Assembly: GCF_006345805.1 (NCBI RefSeq)
Contig: NW_021833122.1
Span: 1-64,000 of the forward strand
Origin: Octopus sinensis
Taxonomy: Eukaryota
DNA: 64,000 nt
Direction: 5' to 3'
Part shown: positions 51,991 to 64,000 of the stretch, one piece after another
Layout of the letters: each line of letters opens with the position of its first letter
Position numbering within the stretch: position 1 is the stretch's first letter
Made by a program: the position numbers and the translations under genes
Notes under the pieces: model-generated
What the model was told of the DNA's origin: nothing
The model's database searches: none
What the model saw: only the letters and a program-made list of their open reading frames with translations

Positions 51991-53287
51991 TGTATGTATG
52001 TATGTATGTATGTATGTATGTATGTATGTATGTATGTATGTATGTGTGTGTATATTTACACACACACACACACATACACATACATATATATATATATATT
52101 GAGTTTGCAACTTCATCATGTGGAGTATTATTTTTTTAATCCAGATATCATCTGGTTTTATCAAATGTATTGAAAGAAAGTTCTGCAACATATTTGGATA
52201 AACCAATAATGTGTAAAGTAAATGAAAGAAAATAAAGAAATATATTGGAAACTTAGTTAATTTTATTTGTGTTACGATGAAGAAAGTAATACATAAAATA
52301 TTTGAAATTAAAAGAAACAGAATCAGCAAAAGAAATAATTATAGAAGAATCCTACATATGTTTCAATCCTGCCATTATATTTAGATCATCTCCATTCGAG
52401 CGATGATACATGTAAAATAACCCCATATTATGCCTGGATATCCACAGGGAAGATGTTTACTTTCTGGTAGTGAGCAACGAAATAAGTAATAAATAACATA
52501 TATTCAAATAACGAAAGAACAAATATTCAAATAACGTAAGCAATAATTCATTAGGACGCCGAGGTCCTGTGGAGTGATATTATCAAATGAAATCTTGCTA
52601 AAATACTATAATAGATTTGACAAAATAAGTATTATATAGTAAAATAACTATTAGTTATTTTGCATTTCAATGTACTCTTGTATAAATTTCCTTATTCAGA
52701 GAAAAATTGTTGTTTACATACTTTGGAGAGGAATTTAAATATTTATGCGCAAAAAATTTAATAAGGTTATAGAAAGAAAACAAGAAAACATTTTATGAGG
52801 GGCGAAAAATAATGAATTGTAACAAAATGGGAGAAAAGTGGAGAAGAAAAACACATGAATTTTTTATGTCGGGTATAAGATACAAAAAGATTAGGATATG
52901 AAAGAGGAAAAAGGGAAATGCTATGATATATTGTATGCTACGATAATATTTTTGAATGTATTTCGGACAAAAGTTATAATAACTATTATTATTTAGCATT
53001 TCGGTGTACTAAGTTATACTTTCTATTGTTCTAAGAAAAGTAGCATGTATATAAAAAAATTATAGTGCACTGACATGTGAGAGAATTTATATTTTTATAC
53101 GAAATAAAATGTTTAATATGAGGTAGATTTTATAATCCGTTAGATTTTTCTAAAGTATAACTTTAATAACTAGCAAACTCCCTTTCATCGTGTAGTCAAA
53201 CATTTTTTACTCTACGATTTTCCCATGATATAAAAAATATAATTTGTTTTACTAGTGAATTACATATATATAAGATTTGTGGATAAT

Positions 53288-53331
<44 letters not shown>

Positions 53332-53530
53332 GGAGCTGTGGAAGTTTGTTTATAAGATTTTAGAAAATAAATGATAATAAGTCCTAGTAATATTGGAGAT
53401 TCTTTTATGCTTATTTCTTTTGTTGATTCTATGCCTTTTCATTTCAAATATTTTATGTATGACTTTATACATCGAGATACAAATGAATGTAACAAAGTAT
53501 CCACTATATTACTGCTCCATTTCCTTTTAG

Positions 53531-53911
53531 TAAAAGCTGACCAGAAGAGAATAAATGCATTCGAGCTTTGGTGTTGGAGAAGACTTTTGCGGATTCCATG
53601 GACAGCGAGGCTCACCAATGGAAAAGTTCTTAAGAAGATAAGGCCGAAAATGTCGCTAGAAGCTAGGATCGCCAAGCATAGATTGGCATATTTTGGTTAT
53701 ATTATGCGGAGAAAATCCCTGGAGAAGGACATCATGCTCCGAATGGTCAGTGGCAAAAGAGGAAGAGGTCGACCAAGAACTCGCTGGCTTGAACCCATCA
53801 AGAGTGATAGCGGAATGGACATATCCAATCTGAAAGAAGCGGCCCATGATAGAACTGACTGGAGAACACTGATCCAACGAGTGACTGAGAGTCGACTTCG
53901 ACTGAGCGGAT
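53531..53911 (+). mobile_element. RTE/BovB-like LINE 3' fragment (right arm)
   Basis: Identical translation to the left copy. Confidence 0.92.
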
Positions 53912-53974
53912 ACAGAGATACACACATGCACACATACACACACATGTATATATTGCTTTATATATTTTTCAGGA

Positions 53975-54268
53975 ATGAAAATGCATGTACTCTACAACCT
54001 ACTGCGGGTTTTCACCATTATATTTCTCGTGACGTTGGAGATTGGCGAATCGAACCATGCAAGTTATTATGGAAAAATGAGCAAGATAGCGTGCCTGGAT
54101 AACTGGTTGATTGGAACTCAAACCGCACGTTCACTCATAGATTGCGCATCAAGTTGTATAATGACTAATATGTGTGGTTTTTTTAGTTATTGTAAGGGCA
54201 CATACAAAATGCATAAATCTCTTGACGAGAGGCCTCCTTACAAGTCTGGATGCGACTGTGTATCTTAG
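53975..54268 (+). CDS. Coding exon 1, right copy (97 aa to TAG)
   Basis: Identical translation to 18076-18369; AG acceptor at 53971-53972; GTGAGT donor at 54288. Confidence 0.7.
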   Translation: MKMHVLYNLLRVFTIIFLVTLEIGESNHASYYGKMSKIACLDNWLIGTQTARSLIDCASSCIMTNMCGFFSYCKGTYKMHKSLDERPPYKSGCDCVS

Positions 54269-56839
54269 TTAATACTAGATAGAAACGGTGAGTAACGTGT
54301 TTTTGTGGGTTTTGTATTTCATTTCCACCATCATCACAATGCATTGTATCTGACCACCTGAATACTAGGTGCGTCTTTTATCATGTAAGGTCTCATTGCT
54401 GGTTAAAATCGTAACATTATCTTACTAATACGGGTATTTCTTAAACGTATTTAACATCACGATGCCAATCTTTTTTCTTTTTACAAAGAAATTAATGCAT
54501 GCAAGAATTTACTAATGTAGCACTCACACATAGATAGTCCAATATCTTAGATAGTCCAATATATCATTAGAAAATCATGTAATTTTAATAACCACATTTT
54601 TTTAACGAATATGCCAGAGTAAATTAATTAGTCGTTAGCAGTTTGGTTTTGCATTGAAAATGTAAAATTATTGAGTAAGTTATTTGGATATATATATGAA
54701 AGAAGGTTTGAAATGCAATTTTAAAAGATGTTTATTTACTTGATCGATTTCACTTTTTTAGAAAAAGATTGTCGAAAGTAACATGTAAAATCTTTGTTGT
54801 GTTAGGTACTGGTTGTAACAAAATATTACAATACATATATACATTCTTTGATAATAATAAGAACGTGTTAAAAACAGTTAACAAGGGAAAACCTTGAGAA
54901 AATATTAAAAAAATTTGACAAGTATATATATATATATATGTATGTATGTATGTATAGGAGGAGACACCCTTCGGTCACGAAAGACCATGGAATTGCACCT
55001 AGAGAGTTACCCTTGAGGCACAAGTCCCGCAAGGTTGTTTGCGGACGGCCAGCAGTCGCCCATGCATACCCGCTTCCTCTCTCCACATAACTGATGTTAT
55101 CCACGGGAAAGGCAAAGGTGAGTTAACTGGAGCAACGTGAAATAAAATGTCTTGCTCAAGAACACAACACGCAGCCCAGTCCGAGAATCGAACTCGCAAT
55201 CACACGATCGTAACCTCGATGCTCTAAGCACTGAGCCATGCGCCTTTACACAAACACACCCACACCCACATACACACACAAACACGCATATATATATATA
55301 TATATATATATATGTATTGTGTGTGTATTTGTTTGTTTGAGCGTGTGTCTATGTATGTGTGTATGATAGTTTATATGGAAATTATAAACAGTTTGTCGAA
55401 AACTGAAATGATCATAATTTCAGAGCAATAAAATCTCCATCTATTCTCTTACTGGTTCCAACCATTTACTCGTTGTAAATAATTAGTAGGAGTAAAGCAT
55501 ATTTTATAATCATATGTTGGTTTTCATACGTGAAGTTGGTTGATTAATACTGTCTCAAATATGTGGGCGGTGAGTGATGAAATCGATAGAGTGGCGAACA
55601 AATTACATTGCGATATTTAGTTACCGTTACATACATTTCAGAAAGCCAAACCCACCAATTTCCTCTTAATGCCTTATCCACTAGGAGTCGATAAATGAAT
55701 TACTAACAAAATACTGAGGTCATTTTAAAGAATTCTATCTTTTATTTCAAGACGTGGCTTTGTGTCCACGTTAGAAATGAATACTGGGCCAAATATTTCC
55801 TCCTAAATCGTCAAAGAATATCATTCACATAAAACAAAGCGCACAATGCCCGGAGTTGTGTTTGTCTACTTCATTAAATAATATACCACTAATTCCAATG
55901 AATTACTGAACTAGTTATGATTATAGGACATTTCCTGGAGTATATGCTTTATATTGACGAACAGAATATGTATCTTTCTGTTGTTCAGTTCACATTATTC
56001 TTTAGTATAAAAGAGACGTGTCACTCATAGCATGCACTATGGTTTTAGTTTTTCATCACCTTCACAGTATAGATACATTCGTCACTAAACCTTAATATTT
56101 TACGCACAAGCATAATCCATACCTAACACTAGTTCTACACTGCTTCCCTAAACAACAACCAAGTAAACATCACTAAGATATTAAGACTATATTTATCAAG
56201 TATTGAACCCAAACACTACCCTAACAGCATATAGGTAAGCAACGAAATTTCGACTCACAGCTATCTCTTTTTCATCTTCGATGACTTCACGGTATTTACT
56301 AACATTGAGTGATGATATATAATTGTGCATATTTTATATGTTTTGTGCAGATCCATAAATTATTATACATCACACTTTACTCTATACATCATATGGTACT
56401 TTGCATATATGCACAGATACACACATACATGCAAATCTCTATCCACTGATGTGGTGTTGAGCAATCATTCTCATTGTTCGATATTAACTTATTTTGTATT
56501 TAATTTTATCCTTTTAGTACCGGTTTCGTTCATTTAAACTTTTTCAACTAAGTGTAAAATAAGAAAAACAATTAAGTTGGAGAAAACAAATTAAGTGAAA
56601 TGTTTTGTAGATATTTCCACAGTCTTTAAATAGTTAGATATTTCCAAAGTCTTCAGATAGTCTGCCTCAGTCTCTGTTCCTTTCAGCAATATAATTGTTT
56701 TTCGTATTTTACTCTTAGTGAACAAAGTCTAAAAGACGGAAACAGTACTAAAATGTATTTCGTGATAAAATCATTTTAGCATTTTCTACATTGTCTTATT
56801 TTCCTCACGCATATCAACCCGTATGTTACGTTTCTACAT

Positions 56840-56871
<32 letters not shown>

Positions 56872-56907
56872 CACACACATACACACACAAACACACACAC
56901 ATATATA

Positions 56908-57073
<166 letters not shown>

Positions 57074-58774
57074 TTTTTTTTGTTAGGGAATAAAAATTCC
57101 GGCATAACAGGGGTTCAAATTATTCTCAATGAAGAAATATATATTTTCATTTATAGATAGTAGGCCCATTCATCTCACCATATAAAAAATAATTTTTATT
57201 TTAAATACTTACTATTTTATAACTTGGTTACACGTGTTTCATGAGGTATATTTCCCGGTTCCTAAACCACTCCGTGCTTTGCTGGAACCATTCTTAAAAT
57301 GTAATCCCAATCATCAGGCCCTTATATCACTTTGTCATCGTTCAATACTATAAACTATATTGTAATTTTTTTTAATCCATAAGTATGTAGGTACGTGATA
57401 AAATTATTTTAGCATTTTCAACCTTGCCTTATTTTACTCATACATATCAACTTGTATGTTGCTTTTTTTTACATAAAAGGATATCGATATCTTTCCACAA
57501 ATACCTGTTGGAGAATTGGAAACGCTACTTGGATGATTGCCCCATCCTATGGTCCCGCACACTCGACCAACTTAATGATTTCAAAAACTTAGTCAACAGT
57601 GTCAACAACCATATCCAATTTACAATGGAATATAGTCAAGACCAACTCCCTTTTCTCTCGTACAGACACATAACATTCCCGCCAACACAAAACACACAAA
57701 TATACACACGCACACACACGGACGCACACATACACACGCGCGATCAAACTCATACACACACGCGCACACACAACACCCTGACAATATAAAACACCAGCAC
57801 ATGTATATATACACACACATAGAGACGTGCACAGTGACACACACACTCACACCATTCTTACCTCTAAGACCAGTCCCCAAAACCACTGAACCATGACAGC
57901 CTAGCTTAGAAACGAAAATCCTTTTGATTCCACATTGCTCTTCCTTCCTACCACACTATCCCTTAAAATAGCAAATATTCCTTAGCTACACACAAGACCA
58001 AATGTCAGAAAGACAGGTCAGTTATTCTTCTGCAAATTTTTGTAAATTCTTAAATATATCTCCTTCTGTGTATATATATATACTACCAAGCAAACATGAT
58101 TTTTTTAAACTCATAATAATTTTCGGAGTCCCGTTCTGATTACTTTCTTAAATGCTTTCTTGTAACCCGTTTTTAACATTCTTTTATTATTATCAAAGAA
58201 TGTATATCTGTATTTTAATAACCAGTACTTAACACAACAAAGCTCATACAATGCTTTACATTTTACTTTTGACGATCTTTTTCTAAAAAAGTGAAACAGG
58301 TTAAGTAAATAAACATCTTTAAGATTGCATTTTCAAACCTTCTTTCATATATATTTCCACACGTACGGTACCTTACAACTTTACTTTGTTATATATATGT
58401 ATATATTTATATGTCCATATGAGTTAGATGAGGGAGTGCTGAAAGGTGCCTTGCATTAGGTAAAAGGAAAGAGTAGGGGATCAATTACTCGTGAATTTAT
58501 TTAATATACTCAGTTATCTAAATCACAGACATTTCAATTTTTGTAAGCCCTGTAAAAGAACTCGGAGATTTGAATCACCGACCAGATCTTTCGTGAGTCT
58601 CTTAAAGCCAGGAAATTTTCTACATGCCCTCGTATACATACATACATATGTACATGCATACATACATACATACATAAATACATACATACATACACACATA
58701 CATACATACATACGTACATACATACACACACATGCATATAAATATATATATTTACATATATATATTACTCTATA

Positions 58775-59301
<527 letters not shown>

Positions 59302-60148
59302 GATACATGCATACATAGGTATATAGAAGCATCTACTTTTCGTATGCCTGCCGGCATAGAACATATTAGATATATTGTTTCGTAAACTGTAAGAGAAGAA
59401 AATGTTTCTTTCTAAATGATTGTTATGGAGACAGCACCAAATCTTTATAAACGTAGCAAAAAGAAAACAGAAACAATAGTTCATTCCAAAGATTTATTCA
59501 ATGTTAGAATAATGAATCCAAGTTAATTGTTCAATATATGCGATATCCTAACAAATCTTTTCATTCAAAGAATGCTTAAAGGTCGTTTCCCAATGGTATT
59601 CGTGCACGAGGGTCGTAATCAATTACATAACTAATATTAATAAACCAGATATTTTACATGTGAATGACCTCTCTCATTTATTGTCAAAACTCTAACAGCT
59701 CAAAGGGACCATCTTTCATAGGTCGCTCTATCTGCTAGAAATAGAGAAATCTCCCTTAAATTACATCCTATCATCTTGAAACGAATGATATGCTAGATCG
59801 GAATAATAAGACAGATGGAAGGAATGGTCATGTTAGAACAAATTCTTCCAGGGGGATTCTCACTGAAAGTTCATTTTGTGATAAATAACAATAACAGATT
59901 TCTATTATTTCTGTCTAGTATCAAACTCTGAAATTTGTGTAAAAGAAACTATAATTGAAAATGAATTCGAAGCTTGGGAAAATTGTGTATCGAATATAAT
60001 AAATTTTAAACTAATACAGAACTTTTCACAGCACTTTTCACGGTACTGTAGGAAATAAGATATTTTGTTTAAAACGTTAATGAAAGTGTGCACCAAAATC
60101 TTGTCTGTTCCTTTACATTTAATATTTTATTATTCATTATTCATGCAG

Positions 60149-60240
60149 ACAGAAACAGGGTGAAAATTTATGAGTTGACCAATGAAACGTTTAAAAATAA
60201 TCCCCTTGATACGTTCTGGGATGATTGGCCTGTCGACAAG
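60149..60240 (+). CDS. Internal coding exon, right copy
   Basis: CAG at 60146-60148; GTAATA at 60241; mirror of 12093-12184. Confidence 0.7.
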
Positions 60241-62134
60241 GTAATAAATTTTCAAAATTTCCAAATTATTTTCATTTCGTAAAGCAGTCAACATAATAGT
60301 CAGCTCGCTATGTATTGAAGGATGTAACTTTTATGTGTTGTTCATGTCGTTACTGCAATGGCGTGTGTAATTTCGTTTCTTCATTTTTTTGGTTTTATTG
60401 CTTTTTAAATCCTGTTGTCAAACATGCTTCGGTTTTGATACGTGTCTTATTTTCTTTTATATCTTTCTATGCCAGTTGCTTGGAGATCATCTAAATGCAC
60501 ACGCACATTCACAGACAAGCACGCTCAAAACACACACACACACTCATACACACACAAGCACAGACACGTACCCTTATATTCGAGCACACACACATACATT
60601 CACAAGCATTCTTGTTATGTTAGACGTAAATGAGTACTTAGAAAGAAGTTCAAGTTGCGACGGAAACGCTACGTGATCCTTTTATTTGGAGGAAATAACA
60701 ACCAAATCTAGAACAAATCAGAAATTAACTTTCTACTGGGTCCTGTTTCCCGAGAAACAATATCTTGGGAAACCTATACGATTAGAACATCTTCCAACCT
60801 TTGTCATCTACCAGGGAGAATATTTAGGGTAAAAGGAAAAATACAACAGTAGATGAGAAGCCAAATCGTTCGACCTGTAGAGTTTTGCTTTTGAATATTT
60901 GTGTTCAAATACCGTCGGGCTCAAACTTGTCTTTCCTTCTTTCAGAATTGATAAAATAGAGTACCAGTCTAGTACTGGAGTCGATGGAATCGACTATTCC
61001 AACACAAGGCTAGTGAATTTGCAAAATCAAAAGAGCGTCGGACAAAATGATTTGTGGCATTTCGTACGGTTCTCTACCGTACTGCACACACTCATTTATC
61101 GTCTGCAATCGACGCAACTGTAATTGGAAATGGTTTTATCAAATTCGAAAGGATGAAGCAGTAAATTGACTTCGCTAGGGTTGAGATTCTGAAGGTAGAG
61201 AACCGTATGGAATGTTATAAAATATTTTCTCTGACTGTCTTCATCTCTTCTCAGATATTATTATGACGACGTTCGGGTGTGCGAAAGATTGTAGGAATAG
61301 TATTACCCAAATAAATATTCGTATATAGTTATCTACAATGGACTTTCGCAGAATTAATTTGTTCACCCAGAATGTATTCTGTACCACACCAAACGTCGAT
61401 ACGATAATATACTAATAGTGTAATCCAATACTGACGATCAACGCTGAGGATTGCCCGCCATCGACTGCCGACAGTCAATTGTTGACAGTTCACACAGTTT
61501 CTTTATTTCATTGAAAAACACCAGTCCAATTTTGGTCACGTGGGGATGGTCATGATGTTTCTCCTCCAACAGTATGTATGAATCTATGTATCGATGGTTT
61601 ATGCATATTATAGAAAGGATCCAGATCTTCTCCGTACTGTGTTTTCACCTTATTACAGTAATGGGGATAAAACCACTGCTAATCAGAACATGAATGGTTT
61701 GAAAACAATAATTTCCAGGAATTCATTTTCATATCCATTCATCATTATTCTGTGAATCGTGGTTCACAGAATAAAAACAAAGAATCTGTCCTACAGACAC
61801 ACTTGAATTTACACAATTTAAGTCAAACGTCAGTAATCTATTGTCCATTTCCACCTCTTATACATTGAACAAAAATACACGCATATTTTTTTCCAGAATC
61901 TTCTCTCTCTTAAGGCTTCCACTAAATATTTCTCTTGTCATTACTCTCATACAACAGTCTTTCTCCATTTCCTCATTGTCACTCTCCACCTCTCACTTGC
62001 CCTCTGATGAGCAGTCCATCTGTACCCATACTTTTCTCTCCATCTGCGTCACGCCCCCTCCCTTTCTCAATCTCTCTCATTCTCGCCTTCCTTGTCAAAT
62101 TTCTATTTGATTTCATTCGAAATTTTATTTGCAG

Positions 62135-62286
62135 GTGAAACTCTTCGTGATAAAAAATAGTACTGAAATACTCTCATTAACTTTCAATGCAAAAAATTCA
62201 AGTAGCACGGAATGGTTCAATCCCACTCGGCTTCTTACGACACCGTGGTTTGGAAATGTAACAGCAACGTACAAGTTTTATGATGG
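62135..62286 (+). CDS. Internal coding exon, right copy
   Basis: GCAG at 62131-62134; GTATAT at 62287; mirror of 10047-10198. Confidence 0.7.
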
Positions 62287-62689
62287 GTATATATTAACAT
62301 TTTATTTATTTGCATTATAGATATTCGTTGCTGATAACTATGATTTCTCGTCTAGGCAGTTGCATATTTTGGTAGGAGGTTACAGTCGACTATGATACGT
62401 CGATATCAGTAATTAACTAGTATTATTTTATGGACAATGATATCAGGCATGATCGTAGCGGGATTCGGAATCAAAGCATTGAGGAACGAAAATAACTACA
62501 AATAGCTTATTGTATGACACATCACTGATTGTTTCTTTTAAATGATGGTGGGGGTACATTTTGGGTATTTCATCCTCATTACAGAAATTGGGTTGTTTCT
62601 CCCGAGATCAAAATTCTTTAACACGCAATAAAACAAATATACTAATTGTAATAATAATAATATTAATTATAATAATAATATCATAAATA

Positions 62690-64000
62690 AATAGAACAGG
62701 ACAGCAACTTAACAACACTTATACACAGGCACAGACACAGCACAAAATAACAACAAACAAAATAACACACAACATAACAGAGCAGCTATAACCGATGAGG
62801 GTGTCGAAGCGACTGAACAAATAACGAAAGTAGAACTAAACATCAAACAGTCGATACATGTGAACCAACGTGAACGTCACCCCAGGCTACAAAAAGAATG
62901 ATAATAAACAGCTCTGTAAAATGATAAATAGATACAACAGACCCTTGTAAGAAATAATCAACATATCAAAATATACACTAGATATCAATAAACTAAATGA
63001 GTTGATCTGGAAACTGGACCCAAAATCCCTACAAGGAAAATACAATGCCAGCCAGATCTCAGTCTCGAAAATGGAAACGGATCATAATTTTTAAAAATCA
63101 GAAACAAAAAAGTCTTATCATTACTTTGTAAATTCGGGAAAACGGGATCAAAATAAAATGAAATAAGGCCCATATAACAAAATAATGCAACGCAAAAATT
63201 AAGAAGATACCTGGGAGGTGATAGGAAATGTTAAACAGGGCATAGTAGGAAAATTTGGCGCATAAAACTTTATGAAAAACGGAAACGCTTATGCAACTAA
63301 ATAGAGAATTCAAAATAATCATAAATTTATTTGATAGGAGTTTAAATAAAATAAATCTTTATCTATAGATAAGAGGCCAACCACTTCAGCAATTTAGTTA
63401 TATAATTCATAATTTCAGCAATGACATCGGAATGAGCAGTGGGTTGTACAAATGTGCCACAGTCACACTGAGTAGAGGCAAATTATTTAGCCCTGAAAAC
63501 ACAGCACACGACATAGACACAGAAATTAGAGAATTAGATCACAACCACCAATACACATTTCTAGAAACAAACGAAACAGGGGATAAACATGCTGGCCATA
63601 CCAATCAAAAATACAGTTTTAACAAAATAAACTGAAAGATCAGTGAATTGAGAAACCTAGATGGGTGGGGGTAGAAAACAGAAAACTACTAACAGTGTAC
63701 CGAAGTCACCACGCCAAAGCAGACGCAGACAGAATATATCAACTCCACTCAGAAGGAGGCTCTGTTCTGATACAGATAGAGATCTACTATAAAATAACAA
63801 CATTCAGACTAGGAAAGTACTTAGAGACAAAGAGTGGAAGTCTATTACATTAAGTAAAGCATCGCGACAAGAAGAAAACGCTTTTCTCTATTTCACAACG
63901 AGGTGACAAAATACTTAAATAGCCTCAGATGAAAACATAGAAGAAATGGTCAAAGAGACAGAAAACAACATGAAAACAAAATTACAGAAGATACTGAAGA
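62690..64000 (+). mobile_element. Old, internally deleted Dong/R4 LINE (right arm, truncated by window end)
   Basis: Mirror of the left-arm copy; ORFs 63432-63635 and 63665-63853 identical to 8698-8901 and 8480-8668. Confidence 0.75.

Noticed and set aside
53371-54102. 243-aa ORF (mirror 18242-18973) as a host gene
   Set aside because: Chance read-through: AT-rich flank, RTE RT fragment, CA tract, then an alternative frame of the real exon.
59919-60060. Open frame after TTTCTGTCTAG (SNSEICVKETIIENEFEAWEN..) as a missing exon
   Set aside because: Acceptor and phase fit, but the only phase-1 donor is weak (T|GTGTAT) and I recognise no motif; needs RNA-seq.
62356-62480. Possible last exon (QLHILVGGYSRL*) after a 69-nt intron
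   Set aside because: Early stops in this frame and only vague motif similarity.

Overview
AT-rich, microsatellite-dense animal genomic DNA. The SINE, Dong/R4, RTE and Penelope content suggests a cephalopod, probably Octopus (inference, no search run). The dominant structure is a giant inverted duplication: left arm ~8.33-34.3 kb, right arm ~38.4-64.0 kb (running off the window), spacer ~4 kb. The arms alternate between near-identical and clearly diverged tracts, as expected from patchy arm-to-arm gene conversion. Each arm carries one outward-facing copy of a multi-exon gene for a putative secreted PAN/Apple-like protein, and both copies share an in-frame TAG just before the first splice donor. 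The rest is transposon sequence: many Dong/R4-clade LINEs in (TAA)n tracts (one young copy in the right arm only, one with a 5' inversion), RTE, CR1, Penelope-like, mariner, Tc1 and Helitron fragments, and tRNA-derived SINEs. The left arm alone holds a ~600-bp insert of ~1.3 tandem 471-bp units containing a well-formed type I hammerhead ribozyme, i.e. a retrozyme-like element. No rRNA, true tRNA or CRISPR is supported. All alignments and difference counts were done by eye; boundaries marked ~ are approximate.
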